Positions 48,842 to 58,539 of a stretch of DNA of 64,000 nucleotides are shown in pieces; within the stretch, counting starts at the first letter, position 1; every line of letters starts with the position of its first letter. Origin of the DNA: a virus (taxonomy: Duplodnaviria; Caudoviricetes); IMG/VR virus record IMGVR_UViG_2667527945_000002, positions 1 through 64,000 of that record. One strand, written 5' to 3'. Below the pieces are notes generated by a model that did not search any database, was not told where the DNA came from, and worked only from the letters and a program-made list of their open reading frames with translations. A program made the translations under genes and the position numbers.

Positions 48842-49196
48842 CTATGAGCATTAACCCAAGAGAGTGCGCGGCGAATACTTCTGCTAACGCTCCCTTTGAT
48901 TCCATCCATCCACATAAACGAATCACAGCATTTGAGACAAAGAGATCAGAAAAACTCAACCTCATGTATTGGTCGTAAGTTAGCCCTTTGGGGTTTCTTG
49001 CTGGGTTTAGTGGGATGTGTCCGGCTTCTTGAATCAACTCTTCAATGCGGAAAAACTCCGGATGATTGAAATGTCGATGCCCCGTCATAGGTCCGCTGAT
49101 ATAAATTGTGAGCTTTCCCGCATCTTCTTTTAATTGCTTCAAACTTTTTAAAGTCAATTCAGCGCGACATGTGACGTGGGCCATTTCCGGTGACAT
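48831..49196 (-). CDS. DUF4406-like (nucleoside deoxyribosyltransferase-like fold) protein
   Basis: IYISGPMTG..FN.P.F, LNPA, GW.ESKGA.AE. Confidence 0.8.
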   Translation of the reverse strand: MSPEMAHVTCRAELTLKSLKQLKEDAGKLTIYISGPMTGHRHFNHPEFFRIEELIQEAGHIPLNPARNPKGLTYDQYMRLSFSDLFVSNAVIRLCGWMESKGALAEVFAAHSLGLMLIDEE

Positions 49197-49401
49197 TCAA
49201 TATCCCTTTAAAACAAAGTGGTGGACAGAAATTAACACTTTGATGTATGTTAATCAATAGCGTAATTAAAAACGTAATTATTGAGTTAATTTAATGCGTT
49301 TTAACTAACGGTGAAGAGTAAGTTGGTGATTGGTAAGTGTGCATCCTTCATGTAGCATGGCGATAATCGTCAACTAGATAATAAAATTGATGGATATCAA
49401 C

Positions 49402-49682
49402 ATGCTAAAAAATGCTGAGGTACGTGTTCTAGTCATACTCAAAAAGAGAAAAAGAACACGATTGCCATGACCGATCTCACTCGACGCCTTAATGTCAATG
49501 CTGGTATCAAAGCTGCAGAGAAAAACCAGATACTTGAATCACTAAAATCACAAGGCTTGGTCGCTGTTGAACGAAAACAGATCCCTGCCATGCGTCGGAC
49601 TCCTACCCTGATCACGTTGACCGAAAAAGGTAAGCAAGTGCTCAAAGGTGTTGAGTCTGGTGATATTGAGTTTGAAACCTGA
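49402..49682 (+). CDS. winged-HTH (MarR-like) protein; A-tract frameshift near 49443
   Basis: LKSQGLV..ITLTEKGK; one added A joins the ATG at 49402. Confidence 0.65.
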
Positions 49683-49869
49683 ATGATCTGAGAAGTTTTG
49701 ATCCAGTCGATAAAAGATGAAACAACATTTTTTTGTTGTTTCTCGCCAACGCTAAAAACGGTAAATAATGCACAACAAAAAGATAAAAAATTGTTGTGGC
49801 AACCAAAAGCGCTTTTGAAGTAAGCGCGGTACCACTACTTAGCGGTGACGTTGGAAGGCTGAAATTGAA

Positions 49870-50286
49870 ATGGAAAAGACCAATACAAATCAAGAACGTG
49901 GAATATCACTCCAAAAAGAAGAGAAAATTGCGTGTGCCATCTTAAAAGGTGCAAAAACCGCAGATGTTGCGGCAGTTAATGGCGTTAAGTACGCTGCCTG
50001 CCGTGAAATCCTTCATAAGTATTGCCGTCGTGCTAACCCTCAAGCCTATGAGCGGATTAATATCGACGCAGCCCACCAAGACTGTCATAGCCCTTTCCTA
50101 GATCAGCTCCGTGAGAACTCAAACTTGTTTATTTCTCAAGATGAGCCTCGTGATGCTGAACAGCTTCGCCGCGAAATCGAACAGCAAAGTGAGCGCTTAA
50201 ACAGTGCTCAAATAACGCTGCGCTCAGAACGCACCATTCTAAGCCAGTTGGAAGCAGAGCTTGCAGCTGCGACTCAAAGCAAGTAA
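49870..50286 (+). CDS. HTH-like and coiled-coil protein; paralog of 32385-32951
   Basis: GAKTADVAAVNGV..YCRRAN..YERI. Confidence 0.7.
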   Translation: MEKTNTNQERGISLQKEEKIACAILKGAKTADVAAVNGVKYAACREILHKYCRRANPQAYERINIDAAHQDCHSPFLDQLRENSNLFISQDEPRDAEQLRREIEQQSERLNSAQITLRSERTILSQLEAELAAATQSK

Positions 50287-50313
50287 CACCAAAAGAAAGA
50301 AGGATCCCAGAGT

Positions 50314-51225
50314 ATGAAGCCTAAAAATATCATGGCTTATCGCTTTTCTCGGACAGTTCAACTCACTCCCGACCAATTAAGTGAGCAATTATCTGAATTT
50401 GCGTTCGTTCCGTGCGGTGAGCAAGACAAACGAAAGTTTGGGTGGGCACCAGTCATGGGTAAACATAGTGAGCAATTACTGCATGTTGGTGGTGACTGGT
50501 TGCTAATTGCTGCCCGTCAACAAGAAAAGATGCTTCCCGCTTCTGTCATTAAGGATGAAGTGAGTGAGCGTGTTGATGCTCTTGAAGCCAAAGAAGGGCG
50601 ACCGTTAAAGAAAAAAGAAAAAGACAACATCAAAGAGGATGTTGTTATTGATTTGCTACCTCGTGCATTCAAGCGAGCTAATACAACGTATGTTTGGATC
50701 TGCCCCAAGAAAGAGCTGCTTTTTGTTGATACCAGTAGCTTTAAGAAGGCAGAGGATGTCCTCGCTCTTCTCAGAAAAACAATTGGCTCTCTGCCTGTTG
50801 TACCAGTTACCTTCGAATCAGCTATTGACGTCACCTTAACTGAATGGCTTAAAACTGGAGAAGTTCCTAGTGGATTTTCGCTACTTGAAGAGGCAGAGCT
50901 GAAATCTGTTCTAGAAGATGGCGGCCAGATCCGTTGTAAGCAGCAAGAGTTAACTTCTGAAGAAATCCAAATTCATATCGAAGCAAACAAAGTCGTCACC
51001 AAGTTAGCAATCAACTGGCAGGACCGTGTGGATTTTGTTTTGTCGGATGATGGTAGCCTGAATCGTCTCAAGTTTTCAGATGAGCTGGTGGATCAGAATG
51101 ATGATATTGCCCGTGAAGATGTAGCTCAGAGATTTGATGCCGACATGGTTCTTTTTGCTGGTGAGTTTGATGCTTTCCTCCCTGAACTGTTTGATGCTCT
51201 AGGTGGGGTGGTGAAATGTCAGTAG
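50314..51225 (+). CDS. rdgC: recombination-associated protein RdgC
   Basis: [44 protein letters not shown]. Confidence 0.95.
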   Translation: MKPKNIMAYRFSRTVQLTPDQLSEQLSEFAFVPCGEQDKRKFGWAPVMGKHSEQLLHVGGDWLLIAARQQEKMLPASVIKDEVSERVDALEAKEGRPLKKKEKDNIKEDVVIDLLPRAFKRANTTYVWICPKKELLFVDTSSFKKAEDVLALLRKTIGSLPVVPVTFESAIDVTLTEWLKTGEVPSGFSLLEEAELKSVLEDGGQIRCKQQELTSEEIQIHIEANKVVTKLAINWQDRVDFVLSDDGSLNRLKFSDELVDQNDDIAREDVAQRFDADMVLFAGEFDAFLPELFDALGGVVKCQ

Positions 51226-52007
51226 TGAAGCTAATTGAAAAGCCGTGGGCAAAGGCAGTTAGATGCCTACCAAATGAATTAGCTCGATATGCTCTATTCA
51301 CCGTTGGGACATCACAGGAACGTCGTTATTATACCAAGCCAATTTTATTAGGCTTGATTGATGGCAGTCATACTCCCATGGAGTTGCAGTTTGTAGGGCC
51401 AGAACTAAGGCAAGATGATTTAGATGTTTTTTTAGAGTTGCTTCATTATGCGCGTGATGCGGATTTGTCCGGTCGTCTAACATTTAAACGTGCAGATTTA
51501 ATGAGAGCGTTAGGATGGTCAAGAACCCCATTTTATTACGATAGATTGCTGCAGTGTATGCGTCGGTTGAGTCAGTCAAATGTTGAAGGTCTGATCACTC
51601 GTCGTGAAGAAGGCGATCTAATTCAACATCGTTTTAACTTTAATTTGGTAGACTCGTTCGAATATAAGGACGTGAATGGTGCAATGGCGCGTTTTTGGCA
51701 TTATCGTTTACCTGTTGAGATGGTGAAGTTTTTCACCTCTTCTGGTTTTGCAAGAATCGATCTAAAGCGCCGACAGGCATTAAAGAATAACCATATTGCT
51801 AAGTGGCTGCAGTTTTACTTTGCCAGTCACAAGGCCAATAACAAATATGCGGTCTCTGTAGAAAAGGTTATGCATAGTTGTGGCTCTAAGGCGAGTGATT
51901 TGAAAACGTTTCGTCAAAAATTGAAAGCGGCGCTTAAATTGCTCAAAGCAACTGGTATTGTAGATGCCTACATAGATACAGGCTCAGATCGGATTTTGCG
52001 TAAGTAA
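51216..52007 (+). CDS. TrfA-family replication initiator
   Basis: [26 protein letters not shown]...RQ.L..AKWL..YFASH, FRQKLK.AL. Confidence 0.8.
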   Translation: MSVVKLIEKPWAKAVRCLPNELARYALFTVGTSQERRYYTKPILLGLIDGSHTPMELQFVGPELRQDDLDVFLELLHYARDADLSGRLTFKRADLMRALGWSRTPFYYDRLLQCMRRLSQSNVEGLITRREEGDLIQHRFNFNLVDSFEYKDVNGAMARFWHYRLPVEMVKFFTSSGFARIDLKRRQALKNNHIAKWLQFYFASHKANNKYAVSVEKVMHSCGSKASDLKTFRQKLKAALKLLKATGIVDAYIDTGSDRILRK

Positions 52008-52027
52008 CGCTCACGCTATTCGGATAC

Positions 52028-52052
52028 AACGCCCCAAAAAAGGGGCGTTTTT
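52028..52052 (+). terminator. rho-independent terminator
   Basis: AACGCCCC-AAAAAA-GGGGCGTTTTT. Confidence 0.8.
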
Positions 52053-52069
52053 ATTGTTAAGGTCATATT

Positions 52070-52420
52070 GTGAATTGGATATTCATTGTTTTTAACCTGA
52101 TCCCTTTGTTGCTTGGCTGGTTTGGATTCTCAACCGGTGAGCCGGAATTGGTTACTTTTGCTATTACTATTATCGCTATCCGTGCAGCGCTAGTGCTGTT
52201 TACGGTGCCTAAGATGTACATTAAGTTCCAAAAAGCAGATCAATTGACACGACGTTACCACCGAAGACAGCTGAAGAAGCCAGCCTTGGTTTTTATCGTA
52301 TCTTTTATAACACTCTGGTCACTGGTGGTGTGGGGCGAGGTTCTTGTTTTATCTATGGTGGTGCTAAGCACTTCCATGTATCACGGAATGAGAAGTCACA
52401 TAGTTAGGCATTCTTACTAA
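52070..52420 (+). CDS. small multi-pass membrane protein
   Basis: About four hydrophobic segments. Confidence 0.65.
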   Translation: MNWIFIVFNLIPLLLGWFGFSTGEPELVTFAITIIAIRAALVLFTVPKMYIKFQKADQLTRRYHRRQLKKPALVFIVSFITLWSLVVWGEVLVLSMVVLSTSMYHGMRSHIVRHSY

Positions 52421-52439
52421 ACCGCATCATTAACAAACG

Positions 52440-52472
52440 AACGGCATTCTCGTATGAGGGTGCCGTTTTTTT
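52440..52472 (+). terminator. rho-independent terminator
   Basis: AACGGCATTCTC-GTAT-GAGGGTGCCGTTTTTTT. Confidence 0.8.
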
Positions 52473-52507
52473 ATGTCTTGTGTATGCTGAGGTTTGAGTT
52501 ACCCACT

Positions 52508-52860
52508 TGTGGAAAACCTGTTTATATACAGTGGTATAAGTACTGTATATACAGTGGAATTTAGCAGATTTTAAGCATAAGTTGAGATACCAAAATGCAT
52601 AAATAGAGATACCCGTTTGCATAAGTTGAGATACCAAAACGCATAAATAGAGATACCCGTTTGCATAAGTTGAGATACTAGCAAAGCATAAGTTGAGATA
52701 CCATTTTTAATATTTAACCCTTTTAAAACATACGCTTGCATTTGTTGCTTGGTGATGTTTTGGGAGGCAACAACCATCTTATAACCATATATAACCATTT
52801 AATAAACCATCTTATAACCTATTAAATAAAGAAATAATAAAAGGAAAAATTCTTTTTGAT
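52508..52860 (+). repeat. origin 2: DnaA box, six 17-bp iterons and AT-rich region
   Basis: TGTGGAAAA at 52508; GCATAA(G/A)T(T/A)GAGATAC(C/T) six times at 52575-52702 with a 22-23 bp period; AACCAT repeats at about 52770-52820. Confidence 0.8.
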
Positions 52861-53097
52861 TTATCTAAGAAGAAAGAAAAAGGGCAATTAAACACTTAGG
52901 ATCCTTATTGATCTATTGTTTCTAATGGTGATTTCTCGCTTACCAGAGCCTCTCTGCTTGCGTTTGAATGGTAGTTGAATGCCATTGCATGAATTATTAA
53001 TTACGGCGCTCTATGAGCTTTTAAGGCGCTTTTAGTCGATAGCTGACTAATTAGGAACTATGTGCCTATAATGTGAGCGTTAAGGGAGGGCTATGCC

Positions 53098-53637
53098 ATG
53101 AGTAAACCATTTCAAGTTTATTGGAGTGAAGACGGCCATATAACAAACGAGGCAAATTGGTTGGACTACGTTGAAACCGATGATCCTGTTAGAGCTGAGC
53201 AAATGTACTTCAAGCTGTGTAAAAAGATGCTTAGTAAGCAGGGCTATGTGTTTTTGCAATCGACAGATCCAGAATCGGTCCCATACGGACGATTTAATAC
53301 CTGTTCTGGTATTTGCTGGAATGTCGACCGTGAAGAACAAGAGATCCGACGATGGATGACTTGGGCTATGCCTCAAGAAATCCCCTATAAACGCTGGAAA
53401 GCTCCCACCACTCATATGGTTAAGGGGTTAAAAGCCGCTATTTTGATGCGTTCTGGCGAAAAGATAGGATGTGAGATCTCTGGTGAAACGATAGGTAGGG
53501 TGCTTGGTCGTAGTTCTCGTGGTGTCCGGTATTGGATTGCTGAGGACGGTGAAAGTCGAAGTATTGATTACGCTAATTGGCGTTGTTTGTTGGAAATGGC
53601 CGGATTCAAGAATAAACCGATAGAAACCTATCTGTAG
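53098..53637 (+). CDS. protein with C-terminal KorC-like HTH
   Basis: IGRVLGRSSRGVRYW..IDYANWRCL. Confidence 0.6.
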   Translation: MSKPFQVYWSEDGHITNEANWLDYVETDDPVRAEQMYFKLCKKMLSKQGYVFLQSTDPESVPYGRFNTCSGICWNVDREEQEIRRWMTWAMPQEIPYKRWKAPTTHMVKGLKAAILMRSGEKIGCEISGETIGRVLGRSSRGVRYWIAEDGESRSIDYANWRCLLEMAGFKNKPIETYL

Positions 53638-53639
53638 AA

Positions 53640-54179
53640 TTGGATCTTATGACTGAAACACAACTGGAAAACATGGCAAAGGCTGGCAATATTTTGGCTG
53701 GTCAAGCGCTGAGGCAGTATAGAAAGGCAAAGCAACCGAAAATAACCAACGGAAAGCCACTTAAAACGGTTCCTGCAAAGCGTAAAGGGGATAAGGGTCC
53801 TAGTGGGTTAGAAATGTCTTTTGCTATGCAGGTGAAGCAATCAGGGCTTCCTATGCCTTTGTGGGGGAAGGACGAGTTAAAGTTTCATCCTAAGCGCCGC
53901 TGGCGTTTTGATTTTGCATGGGAAGAACACAAAATTGCCGTAGAGATCGAAGGGGGAACATACAACCATGGTAGAGAGCAAATAGATTCTAGATCGGGTA
54001 AAAAAGTTACTCAGAAATCACGGCATCTAACGCCAACAGGTTTTCACGAGGATTGTGTGAAGTACGGAGAGGCCGCAATATTGGGGTGGTGTGTGCTTAG
54101 GGTGGATGCCAAGATGGTTAAGGACGGCTCAGCGCTTGCTATGCTTGAAAGGGCGATTCAGGATAAAACACTAGATTAG
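53640..54179 (+). CDS. PD-(D/E)XK / Vsr-like endonuclease
   Basis: E.KFHPKRRWRFDFAW..IAVEIEGG..RH..D..KY..A..LGW. Confidence 0.8.
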   Translation: MDLMTETQLENMAKAGNILAGQALRQYRKAKQPKITNGKPLKTVPAKRKGDKGPSGLEMSFAMQVKQSGLPMPLWGKDELKFHPKRRWRFDFAWEEHKIAVEIEGGTYNHGREQIDSRSGKKVTQKSRHLTPTGFHEDCVKYGEAAILGWCVLRVDAKMVKDGSALAMLERAIQDKTLD

Positions 54180-54226
54180 TATTTAGATAGTATCTATCGG
54201 GTATTTACTTGGTACCCGATAGATAC

Positions 54227-54472
54227 TTATTTGGTGTCGTCGATAAGGATGTTTTCAAGCTCTGATTCATCGGCAATATGTTTATTTTTGACTAGCCAGT
54301 TAACTAAAAGCGCGAACTCACCATCATTCATAGTTCTGAAACGAGCGCTATCGGGAGTGGTTCTCCAAGCCCAAATGGTATTCACGCTCGTCTTGTAACA
54401 AATATCTGCTACTTGTTGCGCTTTCAACTTGAAATGCTTCTGAATTATCTTGAGTTTTTCGTTATTGGTCAT
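54227..54472 (-). CDS. small HTH protein
   Basis: LKAQQVADIC..SVNTIWAW. Confidence 0.65.
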   Translation of the reverse strand: MTNNEKLKIIQKHFKLKAQQVADICYKTSVNTIWAWRTTPDSARFRTMNDGEFALLVNWLVKNKHIADESELENILIDDTK

Positions 54473-54529
54473 TAAAACGTTCCGTCAGTGTTTCGTAAAA
54501 AATAACACTCAGGCGGTACAAAGTACAGG

Positions 54530-54853
54530 TTAACGCTGAATGGCTGTCATTTTTCCACAGTGCTGGCACTTACAGCGTATTTTGTTGCGTGTTTTCTCGG
54601 CTTTCTCCTGCATTTCCTGCCATCGCCAGTAGAGCTGTGAGTTTTTATTGGCCAGAAGCTTTAAAACCCACATAGGGCTTAATACTTCTCGGCAAAGGCC
54701 GCACTCCACAGTGTCGTTGGACTCATTTATTTTGAAATCCCCGTGTTGGCATTTAAGGCTATGGCGGTATGTTTGAGTCTCTTTGAAAATAGGCTTATCT
54801 GAAGAAGATTGTTTGATTTGCTTAAATTCAACAATGTTGTCGTTATCTTCCAT
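54530..54853 (-). CDS. Zn-binding phage protein
   Basis: CQH..VECGLC..CQHCGKMT. Confidence 0.7.
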   Translation of the reverse strand: MEDNDNIVEFKQIKQSSSDKPIFKETQTYRHSLKCQHGDFKINESNDTVECGLCREVLSPMWVLKLLANKNSQLYWRWQEMQEKAEKTRNKIRCKCQHCGKMTAIQR

Positions 54854-54928
54854 TATGGCTCCCGTTGAATTGGTACCCTCATCAATGAAGGTACCAACGA
54901 CAGGCGGCAGTTGCCGCGCTGTAAAAGG

Positions 54929-55753
54929 TTATTGGCAAGCGCAGGCGCAAGGCTCAGCTTCGCCACTGTGAAGCGCTTTGCGGTTGAATTCGACCTCTGC
55001 TAGCAAATCAACCAGCTCTTTGCTTGAGTCGGTTGTGTAGCCAAGAGCTTTGAGAAGAGAGCTTCGGAGCATGTTTTGCTGATCGCTTTCCATATCGACA
55101 ACGTTGTGTGATTTGGTGACAGCGGTGATCAGTGCTGAAATAATTTCGATGAAGTATTCAGCTTCGTGCAAGGCGTCATAAAGTGCATGGTGCAGTGGGC
55201 CTTCTCTTTTGAGGGTGTATTTCGGGTCGATACCAAGTAGTAAGCGTCCAAGAAGACAAGCTGTGCGTAGTGATTGGTTGCCTCTAAACTTCCAAGGTTG
55301 CTCGATACCTGCTTCTTCATAAGCGTGTGACAGGATCACGTTATCAAATTCAGGGCCGTTACCCATTACTTGGGCTTTGGTGCCTTCTGGTGTGTTTTCT
55401 TCAATGTAATACGCGATTTGGTGAAGAGCTTCAGGAAGAGACAGGCGCTCATCACTTTTATCTGAAGAAAATAGTTCAGCATAAGCTTCTGGTGACTCTG
55501 TTTCTTGGCGCATCCAGAATGCCATTGTGCTATCTGGCTGGTTGATGTCATCTTTGACTCGGTTCTCTTGGCCTTCATTGCTGATCAGCATGTATGTTTG
55601 GTTAATGATGCGACGCTGATACACGTCTACAGTTACCACTGAAGCTGAAAAGATATGAGCATCAGGACCTTTAGAGCCTGTTTCAATGTCTGTTACGTGG
55701 ATGATTGGGCTTGATTTAATGCTTTTTAGGTAATCAAGTGTTGGTAAAGTCAT
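54929..55753 (-). CDS. DEDDh 3'-5' exonuclease (ExoVIII/Rv2179c-like)
   Basis: DIET, T..FW..Q, GNGPEFDNVIL, HHALYDA. Confidence 0.85.
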   Translation of the reverse strand: MTLPTLDYLKSIKSSPIIHVTDIETGSKGPDAHIFSASVVTVDVYQRRIINQTYMLISNEGQENRVKDDINQPDSTMAFWMRQETESPEAYAELFSSDKSDERLSLPEALHQIAYYIEENTPEGTKAQVMGNGPEFDNVILSHAYEEAGIEQPWKFRGNQSLRTACLLGRLLLGIDPKYTLKREGPLHHALYDALHEAEYFIEIISALITAVTKSHNVVDMESDQQNMLRSSLLKALGYTTDSSKELVDLLAEVEFNRKALHSGEAEPCACACQ

Positions 55754-55989
55754 AGTGATTGTCTCTCTTGAATTTTCAATATTTCTAGTTTGGAATTAAC
55801 AGGTACGATTTTAGATTTTGAAAAGTCCCTGTGCGGGTACTTTTTAGTGTCAATGGTTAGCCTTCTTTTAGCAGCACCTTTGCTTTTAAAAACCTGAGCG
55901 CTTTCAATGACTAGCGTTCTACAAGGGTCTCCATCGCCTTGAGAGAACCAGCACCCATCGAACCATTCAATGATGTATCCAGTGCTCAT
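55750..55989 (-). CDS. hypothetical protein
   Basis: Coupled ORF. Confidence 0.65.
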   Translation of the reverse strand: MSTGYIIEWFDGCWFSQGDGDPCRTLVIESAQVFKSKGAAKRRLTIDTKKYPHRDFSKSKIVPVNSKLEILKIQERQSL

Positions 55990-56618
55990 TGTTCGGTCTC
56001 CAGAGAATCTAAAGTTACTCTCTCCCCCACGACCGTGGTTGTGTATGTGACGGAATATTCAATTTCTAACTCATATTCGCCGCCGCAGATATCACACGTT
56101 TCTTTTCCATTGCTAGGTTCGTCTGGCTCGTAGCTGGTACCGCAGTGAGGGCAAACAATCTCATCGTTGTGCTTGTAGTCCCACTCGTCGTAATCGTTAC
56201 TCGCAACCTTTTCCAGAGCTTCACGTTTTAGCTTCTGGTCAAGGGCGGTTTGACATGGGTCGCATCTAAACCCTTCTCTCGTTCCCCAGACCGTCCCTAT
56301 GATTTCAGATCTATGCTTGCGGCAGCCCACGCAAACATTGTGTTCGTCACAAACAAAGTAGTCCCAGCCATTTGTGCTTCCTAAGCATTTTTCACAGCCA
56401 ACAACCCAGTACCATGCGCCGTCAATGAACTCTGATTTGAGGCCCTTTTGTGGTGGAGTAAGCTCTAATGTCGGCAAGTCTTTGTTATTGCTGTTCCATA
56501 CTGATTTCATTGGACCGTTATGAATACGATCAGTCCATTCTGGCAATGCTTCAGGGATGAGTATTTTGATATTTTTATCCATGGAGATCTCCTGCTGGTG
56601 GCTGCGACGCATGGCCAC
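55986..56618 (-). CDS. multi-Zn-finger phage protein
   Basis: Several CxxC pairs; likely start at 56582. Confidence 0.7.
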   Translation of the reverse strand: MAMRRSHQQEISMDKNIKILIPEALPEWTDRIHNGPMKSVWNSNNKDLPTLELTPPQKGLKSEFIDGAWYWVVGCEKCLGSTNGWDYFVCDEHNVCVGCRKHRSEIIGTVWGTREGFRCDPCQTALDQKLKREALEKVASNDYDEWDYKHNDEIVCPHCGTSYEPDEPSNGKETCDICGGEYELEIEYSVTYTTTVVGERVTLDSLETEQ

Positions 56619-56631
56619 AGCCTGTTATTGG

Positions 56632-57821
56632 TTAAGCTGCTTTAGGCTGGCGGCTTAGGTCTGACCAACTATTGTGTTGGTGTTGCCATTGCTCGACCAA
56701 TTTTTCCAGTTTGGAGTAGATTTGCTTCACAGCTGCTTCACCAAATCCCTTTGAGGCTTTGCCTGCTTTATTTTTAACGATGGCAAGTAAGCGGTGTGGT
56801 GGTATGTGCAGAACGCTGTAGAGACTTTGGAATCCTGCATTGTTCAGAGTGTCTAAATGCTTAGGGTCAATCTCAGCATCTTCTAAATACGTTTCTTTGG
56901 CCCATTCCATGCGCTCAATAAGGTGTGGGTGCGTTACTTCAATGCGATTGATGATGAGTTCATGTAGTGCATCATGGATGTCTGTCGGCCAGCGATCGGC
57001 TAAGTAATCACATGGAGGGTAAAAAGGCTGTAACCAGTCAGTCACAGAGACGGTGATATTTAATCCGTGATTGGATTTAACTTCGTAATACCAATCTAGA
57101 TCGTTAATGATTTTAATGGTGTCCGCTTCTGGTCGGAAAGATAGGCCGTATTCAAAAACATGGATGTAGCATTTCAGTTTCCCGTCGGTCCCAAGAAATA
57201 CTTTGTTTATTACGTCGCCGTCTTTGTGCATAAGACGAGCACGGGCCTCATTAAGTTCTTCAGAAAGCTGGGTGTTGGTTTGGACCATCACGTTCTTTTT
57301 GGTTTCAGCATCCACCAGCTGGCTTTTAAGCTCACGGATCTTGGTGCGTTGTTCTTCGAGCAGTTTTTGCTTTTCATCGCTCTTTTTACGCTGTGCAGCA
57401 ATGCGGCTTTTCATTTGATCAGGCTGCATATCCTGCAGGCGTTTGAGTTCAGCTAGCTTGTCTTTGACATTTGATTGAGAAACTTTGGCTTGTGCTTTCT
57501 CTCTTTCGGCTTCAGATATGGTTTTTTTGCTTCTAGCTCAAGATCATCAAGGTTGGCGCGTAGCTCTGATAACTCATTCTCTGTACGAGATAGATCACCT
57601 TGGGTCTTTTCAAGTTCGTCACAAAGCGTGTTGAAATCATCAACTTCAGCATTGTACTGTTCAATGACAAGCTGCTCAGTCTGGTCGACCATGGCGATCG
57701 CAGCATTAACGGATGTATGAGCAATGCCTTCGGTTTTGTCTGCAGCAATGCCTAGCTGAAAACGAGCAGGGTTAAGGGCGGACTGCAGGGCAGTTGCTAC
57801 GTTACTTTTTTCGGTTGTCAT
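56632..57821 (-). CDS. long coiled-coil protein (frameshift at a T tract near 57525 joins the two ORFs)
   Basis: One added base gives EAKKTISEAEREK..RLQDMQPDQ. Confidence 0.7.
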
Positions 57822-57870
57822 TATACTTCTCCTTCAATCTTTAAACTCGGTATTGGTAAGCGGGTGTTAG

Positions 57871-58068
57871 CTATGGCTGCATGGAACGGTTCAAGAAGTC
57901 CCAGATCTTGTCGACATAAACCTCTAACTTCTGGTCAATGCGCGTGAGCTTTGCTTGCAGCGACCTTTTGAGGCGCATAGAATAGGGAACTGGTTTACGC
58001 ATTAAATAACAGTGAGCAGCTAACAGACGCTCTGAATGTTCCATTCTGGATAACTGTTGATTGTCCAT
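57871..58068 (-). CDS. hypothetical protein
   Basis: GAAGGA RBS. Confidence 0.55.
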   Translation of the reverse strand: MDNQQLSRMEHSERLLAAHCYLMRKPVPYSMRLKRSLQAKLTRIDQKLEVYVDKIWDFLNRSMQP

Positions 58069-58101
58069 TGTTGGGATCCTTCTTCCTGTGTGGTGTGTGG
58101 A

Positions 58102-58452
58102 CTATGGCGTATCAATCTTTGGTCGGGGCGATACGCCAACCTTTCTAAACTTCGGCTTAACTCTTAGCTTGAATCTCTTTCCATCGGCATTTTTGCCGGT
58201 CAAATTAAACTCACTATCTATGTCATCAGCCAGCCTTTGAGCATCATCGTGGAAATCCGCGAACTGTTGCTGTGTCAGGTTGTTTGCTGTGTTTCCCTGA
58301 AATCGCGCTGAAAGCACTGTCACCTTGTGCCTCCCGTCTCCGTTCGCATGTCTTCGTGGTGTTGTCATCAACATTTTCCTGTCGTCGATAGAAATAATAT
58401 TGGGTGTTAACGTCACTGTGACAGTTAGCTCCCTTCGAGCTAATGACGCCAA
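58102..58452 (-). CDS. hypothetical protein
   Basis: First ORF of the leftward operon; start uncertain. Confidence 0.5.
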   Translation of the reverse strand: MASLARRELTVTVTLTPNIISIDDRKMLMTTPRRHANGDGRHKVTVLSARFQGNTANNLTQQQFADFHDDAQRLADDIDSEFNLTGKNADGKRFKLRVKPKFRKVGVSPRPKIDTP

Positions 58453-58460
58453 TATATATC

Positions 58461-58487
58461 TAAATCCTGTACAATGTACAGGATTTT
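58461..58487. repeat. palindromic site, copy 1
   Basis: TAAATCCTGTACAATGTACAGGATTTT. Confidence 0.9.
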
Positions 58488-58539
58488 TTTAAAAAGGTTG
58501 AGGCAGAGGCAAAAATCACTCAGCCAATTGGGACTCTCG

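Noticed and set aside
49792-49826. TGTTGTGGC as an eighth late promoter
   Set aside because: There is no TAnnnT at the 19-bp spacing. It could still be a binding site, but this is unsupported.
52518-52554. CTGT..ACAG palindromes near origin 2 as SOS boxes
   Set aside because: The spacers are 6 and 4 nt.
52575-52702. Repeat array as CRISPR; also the repetitive ORFs 52404-52637 and 52571-52798
   Set aside because: The period is 22-23 bp with no unique spacers and no cas genes. It fits iterons, and the ORFs are by-products of the repeats.
58467-58481. CTGTACAATGTACAG (also at about 59750) as a LexA box
   Set aside because: The spacer is 7 nt, not 8, so it is treated as a different palindromic site.
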